Part shown: positions 42,785 through 51,688 of the stretch, piece by piece | Layout of the letters: each line of letters begins with the position of its first letter | Position numbering within the stretch: position 1 is the stretch's first letter | NCBI GenBank assembly: GCA_043814545.1 | Contig: JBDRJY010000004.1 | Coordinates: forward strand, 10,788 to 74,787 | Source of the DNA: an archaeon | GTDB lineage: Archaea; Nanobdellota; Nanobdellia; SCGC-AAA011-G17; GW2011-AR17 | Reading direction: 5' to 3' | Length of the DNA stretch: 64,000 nucleotides | Program-made: the position numbers and the translations under genes | Notes under the pieces: model-generated | Databases searched by the model: none | Seen by the model: only the letters and a program-made list of their open reading frames with translations | Told to the model about the DNA's origin: nothing

Positions 42785-44286
42785 TTCAAGCCCACCTTTT
42801 GTTTAATTAAATCTATGATAAACTTATCTTCTTTATCGATGCATTTTGTTTCTAATAATAACAAAGCATAAAATAATACAACAATAACGCCCAACATAAC
42901 TGACCAGAAGTTACTAACGCCTAACATGGGCTGCAAAAACAATTTAACAACACCGCAAACAAAAACCATTACAAAAAAGATTTTTATTAAAACAAATTTG
43001 AACGGGTTAACTTTTGTAAGATTATAAGTCACAGCTATCATGAACACTGATATTAATAATACTGAAAGGAATGTTGCATAAGCTGCACCGATTATACCAT
43101 AAACAGGGATAAGCAAATAATTTAACACAACGTTTAGCAAAGTACCGAACAAGGTGACGAAAAACACTGTACGCGTACGTTTAACCATTAACAATATTTC
43201 TCTCGACGTAAAACAGAGGTAAAAGATGAAATATCCTATTGCTAAGAGGGTTAAAGTTGAAGCACCTACTGCATACTCAGAACCGAATAAGATACTCAAT
43301 ATTTGTTGTGGAAACAAAACAAAACCTGCTGTAAGAATAATATTCAACATAAAAATCCATTTGGTAGTAGTTTTAAACACATTTTCAAAATCTTTACGCT
43401 TATTCGTGAAAAACAATTGTGAAGCTACAGGTAAAAATAAAACTATTATTGCGTAAGGTATCATTTGCGACATTTGTGCAGTAGGTACAGCTGCGTTATA
43501 GATGCCAACCTGGGCTGAAGTACTAAAATGTCCTAACATAATTGTATCTGTCCAAAGCATGATCACAACTAAAAGTTCTTTAAACAATAAAGGCCAAGAA
43601 TAATTCACTAACTCTTTATTTGAATAAACAGCTTTTATTTTAGAACTAAACACTGGAAAAACTTTTTTCTGGACAAAATATACGGCAAAAATCATACTGA
43701 CAAACAATGCTAAGGCATAACCTAAGGCAGCGCCAACAACACTGAAACCGAAATACAATAAAATTAAGGTAAGAACAACTTTCAGAACATTCTCAATAAT
43801 ATTTTTCGTATACATTTCATATTGTACTTTCTCAAAACCCTTAGCAGTGTTAATAAAAACAGCACGCAACGACTGGAACGGTACAGCGAACGCAAAGATT
43901 TTCAGCAAGATAGCTAACTCCGGCTTATGAAAAAACGATCCAGCTATAAAATCAGATAAGATAAATAATAAAAAAGCAATAAGAAAACTTAATATTAAAG
44001 ATATTTTGAACGCTCCAAGAATAGTACCTTTAATTTTTTGATAATCTTTCTTAACTCTGAAGAACGACACATAACGCAGAACGCCCATGTCTACGCCTAT
44101 CAAAGAAACAATTGCAGTAAACCCAAAGATAGCCATTGCTAATGAAAGCAAACCATATTCAGTAGCGCCTATCCTAGCAACAACTAATCTGTAGAAATAA
44201 GTAAAAAATTTAGATATAAGAATACCAAATACTATGATACCTGCACCAGTTGCCATACGTTTTAAAGAATCTTTTGTTGCGTTCAC
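42781..44286 (-). CDS. wzx: Wzx-type oligosaccharide flippase (MOP superfamily)
   Basis: 501 aa with about 14 TM segments. The Polysacc_synt-like N-terminus (GAGIIVFGILISKFFTYFYRLVVARIGATEYG) is typical of polysaccharide biosynthesis flippases. Confidence 0.82.
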   Translation of the reverse strand: MNATKDSLKRMATGAGIIVFGILISKFFTYFYRLVVARIGATEYGLLSLAMAIFGFTAIVSLIGVDMGVLRYVSFFRVKKDYQKIKGTILGAFKISLILSFLIAFLLFILSDFIAGSFFHKPELAILLKIFAFAVPFQSLRAVFINTAKGFEKVQYEMYTKNIIENVLKVVLTLILLYFGFSVVGAALGYALALFVSMIFAVYFVQKKVFPVFSSKIKAVYSNKELVNYSWPLLFKELLVVIMLWTDTIMLGHFSTSAQVGIYNAAVPTAQMSQMIPYAIIVLFLPVASQLFFTNKRKDFENVFKTTTKWIFMLNIILTAGFVLFPQQILSILFGSEYAVGASTLTLLAIGYFIFYLCFTSREILLMVKRTRTVFFVTLFGTLLNVVLNYLLIPVYGIIGAAYATFLSVLLISVFMIAVTYNLTKVNPFKFVLIKIFFVMVFVCGVVKLFLQPMLGVSNFWSVMLGVIVVLFYALLLLETKCIDKEDKFIIDLIKQKVGLK

Positions 44287-44329
44287 TAGTGCGGGTGTTA
44301 TATATAGGCTTTTTAAAAGTTATGAAACC

Positions 44330-45868
44330 TTATTTTGGCGTGACTTCTAAACCATTTTTAAGCTTGTTATAGAAAGATTCAGGCTCTGTGTCCAGGAAAA
44401 CGCTACTTTTGAACTGGTCCTTCAGTACATTTGCTAAGAAACCTGCAACATTAGTATCAGAACTGATCATGAACGGGTAACCATAATGGACATCAACCCC
44501 TTGGGCAGCGAAGAACATGCCTATTGCTAGAGATTTTTCAGTTATCGGCATAGGACAAGTTATTATGAACGGTAGTTCAGTCATTTCTTTGTTTAGGTTT
44601 TCGCTAACGCGTTTAAGGATTTCAGCGATTCTTGAGTTGTTAACACAAGATCCTAAATGGAAAACTCTTTGTCCATCCATCATACCACGTTTACCAACTT
44701 CGAAAGCTACACAACCTGTTGTTAAAATGATATAATCTTTTTTTAGTTTCTTGAAAACTTGCATCCATTGGTCGATGGGTGTACGTGGGTTAACACAACC
44801 AACCAAACCAATGATACCTTTAACTTCTTTATTCTTAACCATTTGGGAAAGTTTTTTTATGTTAATGTTATCTTCACAAAATCCAGTTGTAACTTCGATT
44901 GATTTAGTTTTTTGTTGAGAAAATAATTTGTTACAATCTTTTCTACGATTTTTTATGTTATCTTTTGCAATAGCAATAATTTTTTTAGCTGCTTCTTGAG
45001 CTTCAGTTTCTTTTGTTATTGGAAGATGTGTAGCGTTGGGCATCTTAGCAATTTCGTTAGTTGTGATTAGTTTGGTATGATAACATCCGCAAAGGTCTGA
45101 CACTGAAGGCATGATACATTGTATGTCTACAACCATAGCGTCGACGATTCCGGAAGCAATAACATTTTCTTGAAGAATAAAGTTAGCAGCCATCGGCACG
45201 CCAAACCTTGCAAGTAACGATGCACCAGTGCAACATACTCCGACTAGGTTAACATCTTTATGTTTTTTAGCTTCTTGTGCTATAGCTGAAGCAAACATAG
45301 GTTCATGTCCGTGCACCGCAATGTTAACTTTGTTTGGGTCTAAACATCCTAAATCCATTTTACCTTTTTTTATTTTAGGTTTGCCTAACCGTTCATCTTC
45401 TAACTGCGTAGCAAAATACATTCCGTAATAACCGTCAACAATACCAACTTTCATACAATTTTTTAAAACATCTTGGTAATCAGAGTTAACACCCATTGTT
45501 GTCATGTGCAACGATTCAGAAATATCTTTGAAATGTTCGAATTTAATTTTAGGGATAATACCTAACTTGTTCCAGAGTTTGTATAAATATGAAGGAGCTT
45601 TATCTTTGATGTAATTAGGAGGATAAGATTTGCTTAAATATTTCATAACATGGTAAGCATGCCCGCAATGTGCTGAAGCGCCTCCTGCTGTGAATCTTAA
45701 CACATTCCTTGCAACTATAAGATCTTGTGTAGCACCGCAAACCCCTTTCTGGTCAGGTTTACAAATGATACACGGCCCCATTAAACAGATTTTACAACAA
45801 AACCCTTGCTTTCCTATGGGACACTGTTTTTGCTTGACACGTTCAGAAATCATTGTAGGTTCAGCCAT
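44330..45868 (-). CDS. CooS-like Ni,Fe-CO dehydrogenase catalytic-subunit homologue (short form, 512 aa)
   Basis: N-terminal C-x7-CC-x2-C-x4-C...GVCGAT..ARN pattern of the D/B clusters. C-cluster ligand contexts are all present: VHGHEP, GVCCTG, DIQCIMP, VGCVNP, TTGCVA, LGSCVNNSR. Confidence 0.8.
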   Translation of the reverse strand: MAEPTMISERVKQKQCPIGKQGFCCKICLMGPCIICKPDQKGVCGATQDLIVARNVLRFTAGGASAHCGHAYHVMKYLSKSYPPNYIKDKAPSYLYKLWNKLGIIPKIKFEHFKDISESLHMTTMGVNSDYQDVLKNCMKVGIVDGYYGMYFATQLEDERLGKPKIKKGKMDLGCLDPNKVNIAVHGHEPMFASAIAQEAKKHKDVNLVGVCCTGASLLARFGVPMAANFILQENVIASGIVDAMVVDIQCIMPSVSDLCGCYHTKLITTNEIAKMPNATHLPITKETEAQEAAKKIIAIAKDNIKNRRKDCNKLFSQQKTKSIEVTTGFCEDNINIKKLSQMVKNKEVKGIIGLVGCVNPRTPIDQWMQVFKKLKKDYIILTTGCVAFEVGKRGMMDGQRVFHLGSCVNNSRIAEILKRVSENLNKEMTELPFIITCPMPITEKSLAIGMFFAAQGVDVHYGYPFMISSDTNVAGFLANVLKDQFKSSVFLDTEPESFYNKLKNGLEVTPK

Positions 45869-45911
45869 AAGTTTTACTTTAGGTTTTAACTAATATAAAC
45901 TTTTCCGTAAG

Positions 45912-45921
45912 GTTTAAATAA
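45912..45921 (+). promoter_or_regulatory. TATA-like box, probably giving a leaderless transcript
   Basis: GTTTAAATAA ends 23 nt before the ATG at 45945. Confidence 0.35.
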
Positions 45922-45944
45922 AATTTAAAGTTTCTAATTGTAAA

Positions 45945-46292
45945 ATGGCTACAGAAATGGTTTTAGGCAGAGATAAAAAGCACCAAACACAAGTTGTATT
46001 AAATACAAATGGTCGATTAAGACGCACTAAATGTATAAGTGAAAAAGTTGTAACTTTTGGTTCAGGTTATATGGAAGTTCTAGTAAGACAAATGGAAAGT
46101 GGCTGGGGAAATAATGCTCGACCTTATGTTGAAGTTGCAGGTAATGTTATATCTGATATTGAGAAAAAAACATACGGGGAAACAGTCCAAGTTTGTCCTG
46201 TTTATGAAGAAAATGAAGGTCTTATACGAGATATGCTTCGTGAAGAAGGTTACCAAGGTCCAGTTTTATTCCCAGAAATCTATGACCTTTGA
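45945..46292 (+). CDS. Hypothetical protein
   Basis: 115-aa ORF with a promoter-like box at standard spacing. No motif recognised. Confidence 0.45.
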   Translation: MATEMVLGRDKKHQTQVVLNTNGRLRRTKCISEKVVTFGSGYMEVLVRQMESGWGNNARPYVEVAGNVISDIEKKTYGETVQVCPVYEENEGLIRDMLREEGYQGPVLFPEIYDL

Positions 46293-46317
46293 TACAAAAC
46301 TTTTATTAACACTTCTT

Positions 46318-47220
46318 TTATTTTTCACATACAGCTACAAGGTTAATTGTAGAATCTAAGTTTTCTTTAACGATTTTAAAATTATTTGTGTTATATTTTT
46401 GCAAGTAAAAATCATTGAATTTTTGAGATTTATTGTTTAAGATATTTCGAACAAAGTTATTAATACTAAATTTTAAGAATGGCGGTATTTGCCTTCGAAG
46501 GTTAAACCTATCTAATCTTGCAATTTTACGACAATGTTTGACTCTTTCTAATTCAACTCTTTGTGTTTCTTCATCGCCCATTACTCCTCTCATTGTGACT
46601 TTTGGAAAAGAAGTTTTAAGAATTTTTTCGAGTTCATCTGCAGTATACTCTTTAATATGAAATATGTTCCATGGTTTTTCACCAGGTTTTACCCTATATT
46701 TTTTATTAGGTGTTGTTAGAATAAGTTTACCGCCTTTTTTTAAAACTCTTTGAAGTTCTTTAACATAACCAGCATCATTTTTTAAATGTTCTATTACATG
46801 AGAAGACATGATTGCGTCAAATGTTTCGTTCTTATAAGGCAACTTTTCTGCATTTAATTGTAAAAATAAACAACTTTCCCTGTATTTTTTTCTAGCTTCA
46901 ATAATTGTTTTTTTATTAATATCTATAGCTATTACTTGGAACCCTTTTTTAGCCAAGTAGTTTGCACCATATCCTTCACCACATCCTGCATCTAAAACTT
47001 CTTTCCCTTTTGGGATGATTGAAGGAATAAATTCATAAACTTTCATTAATTGTAGAAAAAGAAAATATTCTTCTTTTGTATCAAATGAATGAGGATCTAA
47101 ATGATCTCCCCATTTCTTTTTAGATTTTTTATAGATTTTTTTAAATATAAAATCGATTATGATGATTAATATTATTGGCAAAACCACAAAAACAATCCAT
47201 AATCCGGGGTTTATTTCCAT
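46318..47220 (-). CDS. Membrane-anchored class I SAM-dependent methyltransferase
   Basis: N-terminal TM helix, then motif I VLDAGCGEGYGANYLAKKG and post-I/II elements (DAIMSSHVIEHL). Confidence 0.85.
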   Translation of the reverse strand: MEINPGLWIVFVVLPIILIIIIDFIFKKIYKKSKKKWGDHLDPHSFDTKEEYFLFLQLMKVYEFIPSIIPKGKEVLDAGCGEGYGANYLAKKGFQVIAIDINKKTIIEARKKYRESCLFLQLNAEKLPYKNETFDAIMSSHVIEHLKNDAGYVKELQRVLKKGGKLILTTPNKKYRVKPGEKPWNIFHIKEYTADELEKILKTSFPKVTMRGVMGDEETQRVELERVKHCRKIARLDRFNLRRQIPPFLKFSINNFVRNILNNKSQKFNDFYLQKYNTNNFKIVKENLDSTINLVAVCEK

Positions 47221-47354
47221 ATTATTTTTCTATTTATTCCAACTTATATAGTTTGTTACAAAATTTATGATTACTATTAAAGGACTAAATTGAAGTTTAA
47301 CTTAAAATTTGATTTACAGAAATTTTATTAATTAACAATTTTTGGAAGATTATA

Positions 47355-48266
47355 ATGAAAAATCGATTTGGATTGATTTTAAAATTATCTTTAGGCCTAT
47401 TAATATTATATTTCATATTAAAAAAAGTAGGTGTAACTGAATTAGTGAACACTATTAGTCAAATTGATATTTTCTTTTTACCTATGGCTCTTTTTTTCTT
47501 CCTATTGACGCTCTTTTTGGGTGCTCTTAATCTTTATTTTTTATTATGTTATGGATTAAATATTAAATTAAAGTTTTTTAGAATTTTGAAATATTCCCTT
47601 TTATCTTGGAGTTTTGGGATGTTTATTCCAGGAAAATTAGGAGAATTTTCTTTTGCTTATTTTTTAAAGAAAAGAAAAGTGCCGGTTTGGCGTTCATTTA
47701 TCATTTTAACAATGGATAAAATTATTACTTTATTTACATTATTATCTTTAACTTTTATAGGATTTTATCTTTTTCTCTCAGTAAATCAATTTTTGAATTT
47801 ATTAATCTTTTTTTTAATTTTTGGGATGATATTCTTTTATGTTTTAATTATATTTAAAGAAAAAAATTGGCTTAAACGGTTTTTGCCTAAAAAATTTGCT
47901 TTATCGATATCTCAGTTTTCGAATGGTTTTTTTTATATGTTAAAAAAGAGAAAAAAATTGCTTTTTTTAAATACGGGGCTAACTTTTACAAAATGGTTTT
48001 TAAGCGGTATCTTTCATTATTTTCTTTTTTTATCTCTTGGTTTTGACTTAAACTTCGGAATTGTTTTTTTAATCACAGCAATGGTTACGATTATCTCTTT
48101 GATTCCAATAAGTATTTCTGGTTTAGGTGTCCGAGAATCAGCAGCGGTTTATTTATACAGTCTTTTTTTAATACCTGTATACATTTCTTTAGGTGTTGCT
48201 TTAATAGCAGTAACAACTAGCTATATTATTTCTATATTATTTTTTATTAGTTTGAGATGGCGTTAA
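47355..48266 (+). CDS. Polytopic membrane protein, lysyl-PG-synthase-TM / flippase-like family candidate
   Basis: 303 aa with about 8 TM segments. The layout is typical of UPF0104-type proteins that accompany GT2 genes. Assignment by architecture only. Confidence 0.5.
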   Translation: MKNRFGLILKLSLGLLILYFILKKVGVTELVNTISQIDIFFLPMALFFFLLTLFLGALNLYFLLCYGLNIKLKFFRILKYSLLSWSFGMFIPGKLGEFSFAYFLKKRKVPVWRSFIILTMDKIITLFTLLSLTFIGFYLFLSVNQFLNLLIFFLIFGMIFFYVLIIFKEKNWLKRFLPKKFALSISQFSNGFFYMLKKRKKLLFLNTGLTFTKWFLSGIFHYFLFLSLGFDLNFGIVFLITAMVTIISLIPISISGLGVRESAAVYLYSLFLIPVYISLGVALIAVTTSYIISILFFISLRWR

Positions 48267-49244
48267 CATCCGTTCCAAATATGATACTAACTTTTCTTTA
48301 ATTTCTTTTTTAAGTTCTTCAGAAAGGTTTAACTCATCAATCTGTTCATTCCAGTTTATATCAGGTAATTTCGTTAATGTTCCAGTAAAATTTCTACCTG
48401 CTTTAGAAATATTTTCTTCTAATATTCTAGCTTCTTTAGAATTAAACTTTTTAGTTGCAGGAAATTTGGTGATTGCATTCGCACCTGCTAAAAGAACTTT
48501 ATCAACTTCCTCAACCCTACGAGCAGTTGTACCTGCTATAATCTGTAACTTAGGAAACTTTATTCGAGTGTTAGCAATCCACCAAACATAATCTTCAGTT
48601 GAAGGACCTTTTTCATAAGGAGTTTCAGCCACAGGTTTCAAAGCATAAAACGTAATCCGTTTCAAATCATGTTTAGAAATAAAATCATGTAATAACTTAA
48701 GATCTTCTTTCTTCTCACCAAGTCCAATAACAACAGTCATACTTTTTTCAAACCCTTCACAATACTCCAACATTTCTTCATAAGGTTTGATAGGTTTGTT
48801 AGGACAAATTTCGTTATGTAACTCTTCTTTAACAGTTTCAATAGAAGCAACAACACCTTTTACATAGGGTTTAAACTTTTCAAGATCTTCTTTTGCAATA
48901 GCACCAAGGTTCAACCAAATCTTTTCACCATAAATCTCTGCAACCATTTTAGATATAGAAACAAGTTCGTTCATGGAATAAATTTCATAACCGCCAGTCA
49001 AAAACTCAATACGCCAACCTAAGTTTTTAGCTAAAAGAGCTTCAACAGCAACTGAAGGTATACTACGTTTAGCATGCTTAGCATGTTTAATTCTATTTTT
49101 CTGAGTCGAACGGTAACAGAACTTACAAGTTCCAACGCTACAGTACCAGCTAAGGAAGATGCAACGGCCGAACCATACAGTATCCTCAAAGTTTTCCTTA
49201 TACACTTCGTTAGCTTGTTTTAACAATGAATCCATAAGAATCAA
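48237..49244 (-). CDS. Radical SAM protein, BioB/ThiH-like TIM-barrel family, CX4CX2C motif
   Basis: WYCSVGTCKFC cluster motif, with GGYEI, IETV and VIGLGEKKED elements arranged as in biotin-synthase-like enzymes. Confidence 0.72.
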   Translation of the reverse strand: MILMDSLLKQANEVYKENFEDTVWFGRCIFLSWYCSVGTCKFCYRSTQKNRIKHAKHAKRSIPSVAVEALLAKNLGWRIEFLTGGYEIYSMNELVSISKMVAEIYGEKIWLNLGAIAKEDLEKFKPYVKGVVASIETVKEELHNEICPNKPIKPYEEMLEYCEGFEKSMTVVIGLGEKKEDLKLLHDFISKHDLKRITFYALKPVAETPYEKGPSTEDYVWWIANTRIKFPKLQIIAGTTARRVEEVDKVLLAGANAITKFPATKKFNSKEARILEENISKAGRNFTGTLTKLPDINWNEQIDELNLSEELKKEIKEKLVSYLERMLTPSQTNKK

Positions 49245-49258
49245 AGAAAATCATGACT

Positions 49259-49870
49259 TTATAAGCGTTTTCTTAAGTCATATTCACGATAAATAGTAGT
49301 AACCAATTCATTTTCAACAATCAAACTTAATTTAGTAACATCTTGTTTAAAGTTACCTAAACCATGAAAAAATTGTTTAGCATCTTGAATTTGTTCCACA
49401 GAATGTAATCTTTCTAAAGTCAAGTGGGGATCATAAAATTCGCGATAATAAGGCCGACCAGTTTCAGCAACAATTTCTAACTCTTTATCACTTAACTTAC
49501 TTTGATCAATTGAAGGAGAAACATACTTACAATAAAAACGTTTAAACTTGTCAACAACATCATTATGCAAATTACGTAATTTATATTTAGTACGAACATT
49601 AATCACAGCAGTCTTATAATCAGTTACATGTATGGCTCCGTAATTTATTTCAAAGGGTTGGATATGGAGACAAAATAAATCCAAAGGAGAATTCATATAA
49701 TCAATAGACTCTCCTGGCATATCACCTAAATAAAATAAAGAAATATGCGGTATGATTTCACCGTAAGCATAATGTTGTATCCCTTGTTTCTTATTAAAAT
49801 CTTTCACACGCGCAGCGATTTCCCGAGATTCTTCCTTTGGAGGAATTATAGCAATGGTAACTTTGTTCAT
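49259..49870 (-). CDS. 2H phosphoesterase superfamily protein (LigT-like)
   Basis: Two H-x-(S/T)-x motifs: PHISLFYLG and DPHLTLERL. Confidence 0.6.
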   Translation of the reverse strand: MNKVTIAIIPPKEESREIAARVKDFNKKQGIQHYAYGEIIPHISLFYLGDMPGESIDYMNSPLDLFCLHIQPFEINYGAIHVTDYKTAVINVRTKYKLRNLHNDVVDKFKRFYCKYVSPSIDQSKLSDKELEIVAETGRPYYREFYDPHLTLERLHSVEQIQDAKQFFHGLGNFKQDVTKLSLIVENELVTTIYREYDLRKRL

Positions 49871-49926
49871 AGCTGATTACCACCAAATATGTTATTTAAA
49901 GATTATGACGACTAAAGATACAAAAC

Positions 49927-49936
49927 GTATATAAAG
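49927..49936 (+). promoter_or_regulatory. TATA-like box, probably giving a leaderless transcript
   Basis: GTATATAAAG ends 23 nt before the ATG at 49960. Confidence 0.35.
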
Positions 49937-49959
49937 AAACACTATTTTATTCGCATGTT

Positions 49960-51384
49960 ATGGCTAAGGTACTTTTCGTACAAGATATTGACCTGGAATT
50001 TGTAGGTATACAGACATTATCAGCTTGTTTGAAAGCTAAAGGACATAAAACCGATTTATACTCGGCTAATTCTGTAAAAAAACAAGATGAACTTTTCGAT
50101 TATGTTAAAAAAACCAAACCTGACTTGGTAGCATTTTCTATACCTTCAATGGGTTACGAATGGACAGTTGATTTAGCTAAGAAAATAAAAAAAGAATTAA
50201 ATGTCTATAGCGCCTTTGGCGGCCCACACCCAACTTATTACCCTGACTTCATTGAAACGAAAGGGGTAGAGATCACTTGTGTTGGTGAAGGCGAGGGAGC
50301 CATGGTAGAATTGGCTAATGCTTTAGAAAAAAAAGATTTTAATAAAATTAAAACAATAAAAAATATTTATTACAAAGATGATAAAGGTAAGATATATAAA
50401 AATGAGTTAAGAGATTTGATAGACGTTGATTCTTTACCTTGGCCAGACAGAGAGTTACATTACAAAATGTTTCCTCATATTCAAAACTTTTCTAACAAAA
50501 GAGTTGTTGCAACTAGGGGCTGTCCTTACAACTGTTCGTTTTGTTTTAACACTATGTATAAAGAGATGTATCAAGGGAAAGGAAATTATATTCGTAGAAG
50601 AGATCCTAAAAAAATCATTGAAGAAATTAAGTATGTAAGAGATCATTACGGTTTCAAAACTTTATCTTTTGCTGACGAGAATTTCACGACTAACAGAAAA
50701 TGGTTGTATCCTTTGTTAGACATGTACAAGAAAGAAGTAGGCATACCGTTTATGGTTCTTGGTAGGTTTAACGAGATTGACGACGAACTTGCTAGGAAAT
50801 TGAAAGAAGCTGGTTGTTTTTTCATAAGCGTTGGCTTGGAAAGCGGTAACGATTATATCAGAAACAAGATTTTGAATAAGGGTGTTACTAATGCACAGAT
50901 TATCAAAGGCGCTGCTGCGATTAAGAAGTACGGTATTGGATTGTTTACATATAACATGTTAGGCTTACCTCATGAAACTATTAAGGAAGCGTTTGAAACT
51001 TTAGAATTAAATGCGAAGATTGGCGTTGACGTTACTATTCCTACTTTGTTACAGCCTATTAAGGGAACTAAGTTGTGTGACTATATCGAGAAGAATGGTT
51101 TGTTAGCTAAAGGTTTTGACTTAGAACATTTGAAAAGTCATTGGCAAGGTGTTACAGTTAAAACTCCGCATGCTAGACAGATTGAAAACTTACAAAACTT
51201 GTTCATGTTAGGAATATGGTATCCAAAACTAATTCCATTAATGAAAATCTTAGTATATGCACCAAAAAATCCGTTGTATAAAGGTTTCTTAAACTTTAGC
51301 TTGTTAATGAAATATCGTCAAACACGAATGTTAGGATGGTTCGAGTTAATTACAATGGCGTGGAAAGCTAGGAAGAATGTTTGA
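49960..51384 (+). CDS. B12-binding-domain radical SAM protein (class B-like)
   Basis: KVLFVQD...LSACLKAKGHKT...GGPHPTYYPD, then TRGCPYNCSFC. N-terminus most similar to the 25599-27149 paralogue. Confidence 0.88.
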   Translation: MAKVLFVQDIDLEFVGIQTLSACLKAKGHKTDLYSANSVKKQDELFDYVKKTKPDLVAFSIPSMGYEWTVDLAKKIKKELNVYSAFGGPHPTYYPDFIETKGVEITCVGEGEGAMVELANALEKKDFNKIKTIKNIYYKDDKGKIYKNELRDLIDVDSLPWPDRELHYKMFPHIQNFSNKRVVATRGCPYNCSFCFNTMYKEMYQGKGNYIRRRDPKKIIEEIKYVRDHYGFKTLSFADENFTTNRKWLYPLLDMYKKEVGIPFMVLGRFNEIDDELARKLKEAGCFFISVGLESGNDYIRNKILNKGVTNAQIIKGAAAIKKYGIGLFTYNMLGLPHETIKEAFETLELNAKIGVDVTIPTLLQPIKGTKLCDYIEKNGLLAKGFDLEHLKSHWQGVTVKTPHARQIENLQNLFMLGIWYPKLIPLMKILVYAPKNPLYKGFLNFSLLMKYRQTRMLGWFELITMAWKARKNV

Positions 51385-51385
51385 T

Positions 51386-51688
51386 TTACCAACTATCTCT
51401 TTTACTTCTGTAGTCTTCGCCTTTTACTTCAGCACTAACTAGAATTCCTTGGAGTCTTGATAAAAGTCTTCCTTCTTCTACTCCTGCTGTATCATTACCA
51501 TAACCAACTGCAAAAAATTCTGAGGGACTTAAGTTTGATGTAATAATTGCTGCAAGATTTTTCCCTGATTGAATATTTTCAATTTTTTTTATTAATTTTT
51601 GTACATTCTGTGGTCCTTTTTCATGTTTGAACTTAATCAAAAACAACTCTTTTTTGTTCTTTCTTTTCTGAATAAGTGTAAGGTACAT
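51386..51688 (-). CDS. Hypothetical small protein (start uncertain)
   Basis: The ORF overlaps the end of the YgiQ gene by 56 nt if the ATG is used. A TTG at 51638-51640 would give an 84-aa product with an 8-nt overlap. No motif recognised. Confidence 0.4.
   Translation of the reverse strand: MYLTLIQKRKNKKELFLIKFKHEKGPQNVQKLIKKIENIQSGKNLAAIITSNLSPSEFFAVGYGNDTAGVEEGRLLSRLQGILVSAEVKGEDYRSKRDSW

Noticed and set aside
44330-45868. Hybrid-cluster protein (Hcp) as an alternative identity for the CooS-like gene.
   Set aside because: The N-terminal Cys spacing with a CC pair and GVCGAT..ARN, and the GSCVNNSR block, fit CooS rather than the Hcp pattern as I remember it (CxxC-x8-C-x5-C and a GxCND block). 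An alignment is still needed.
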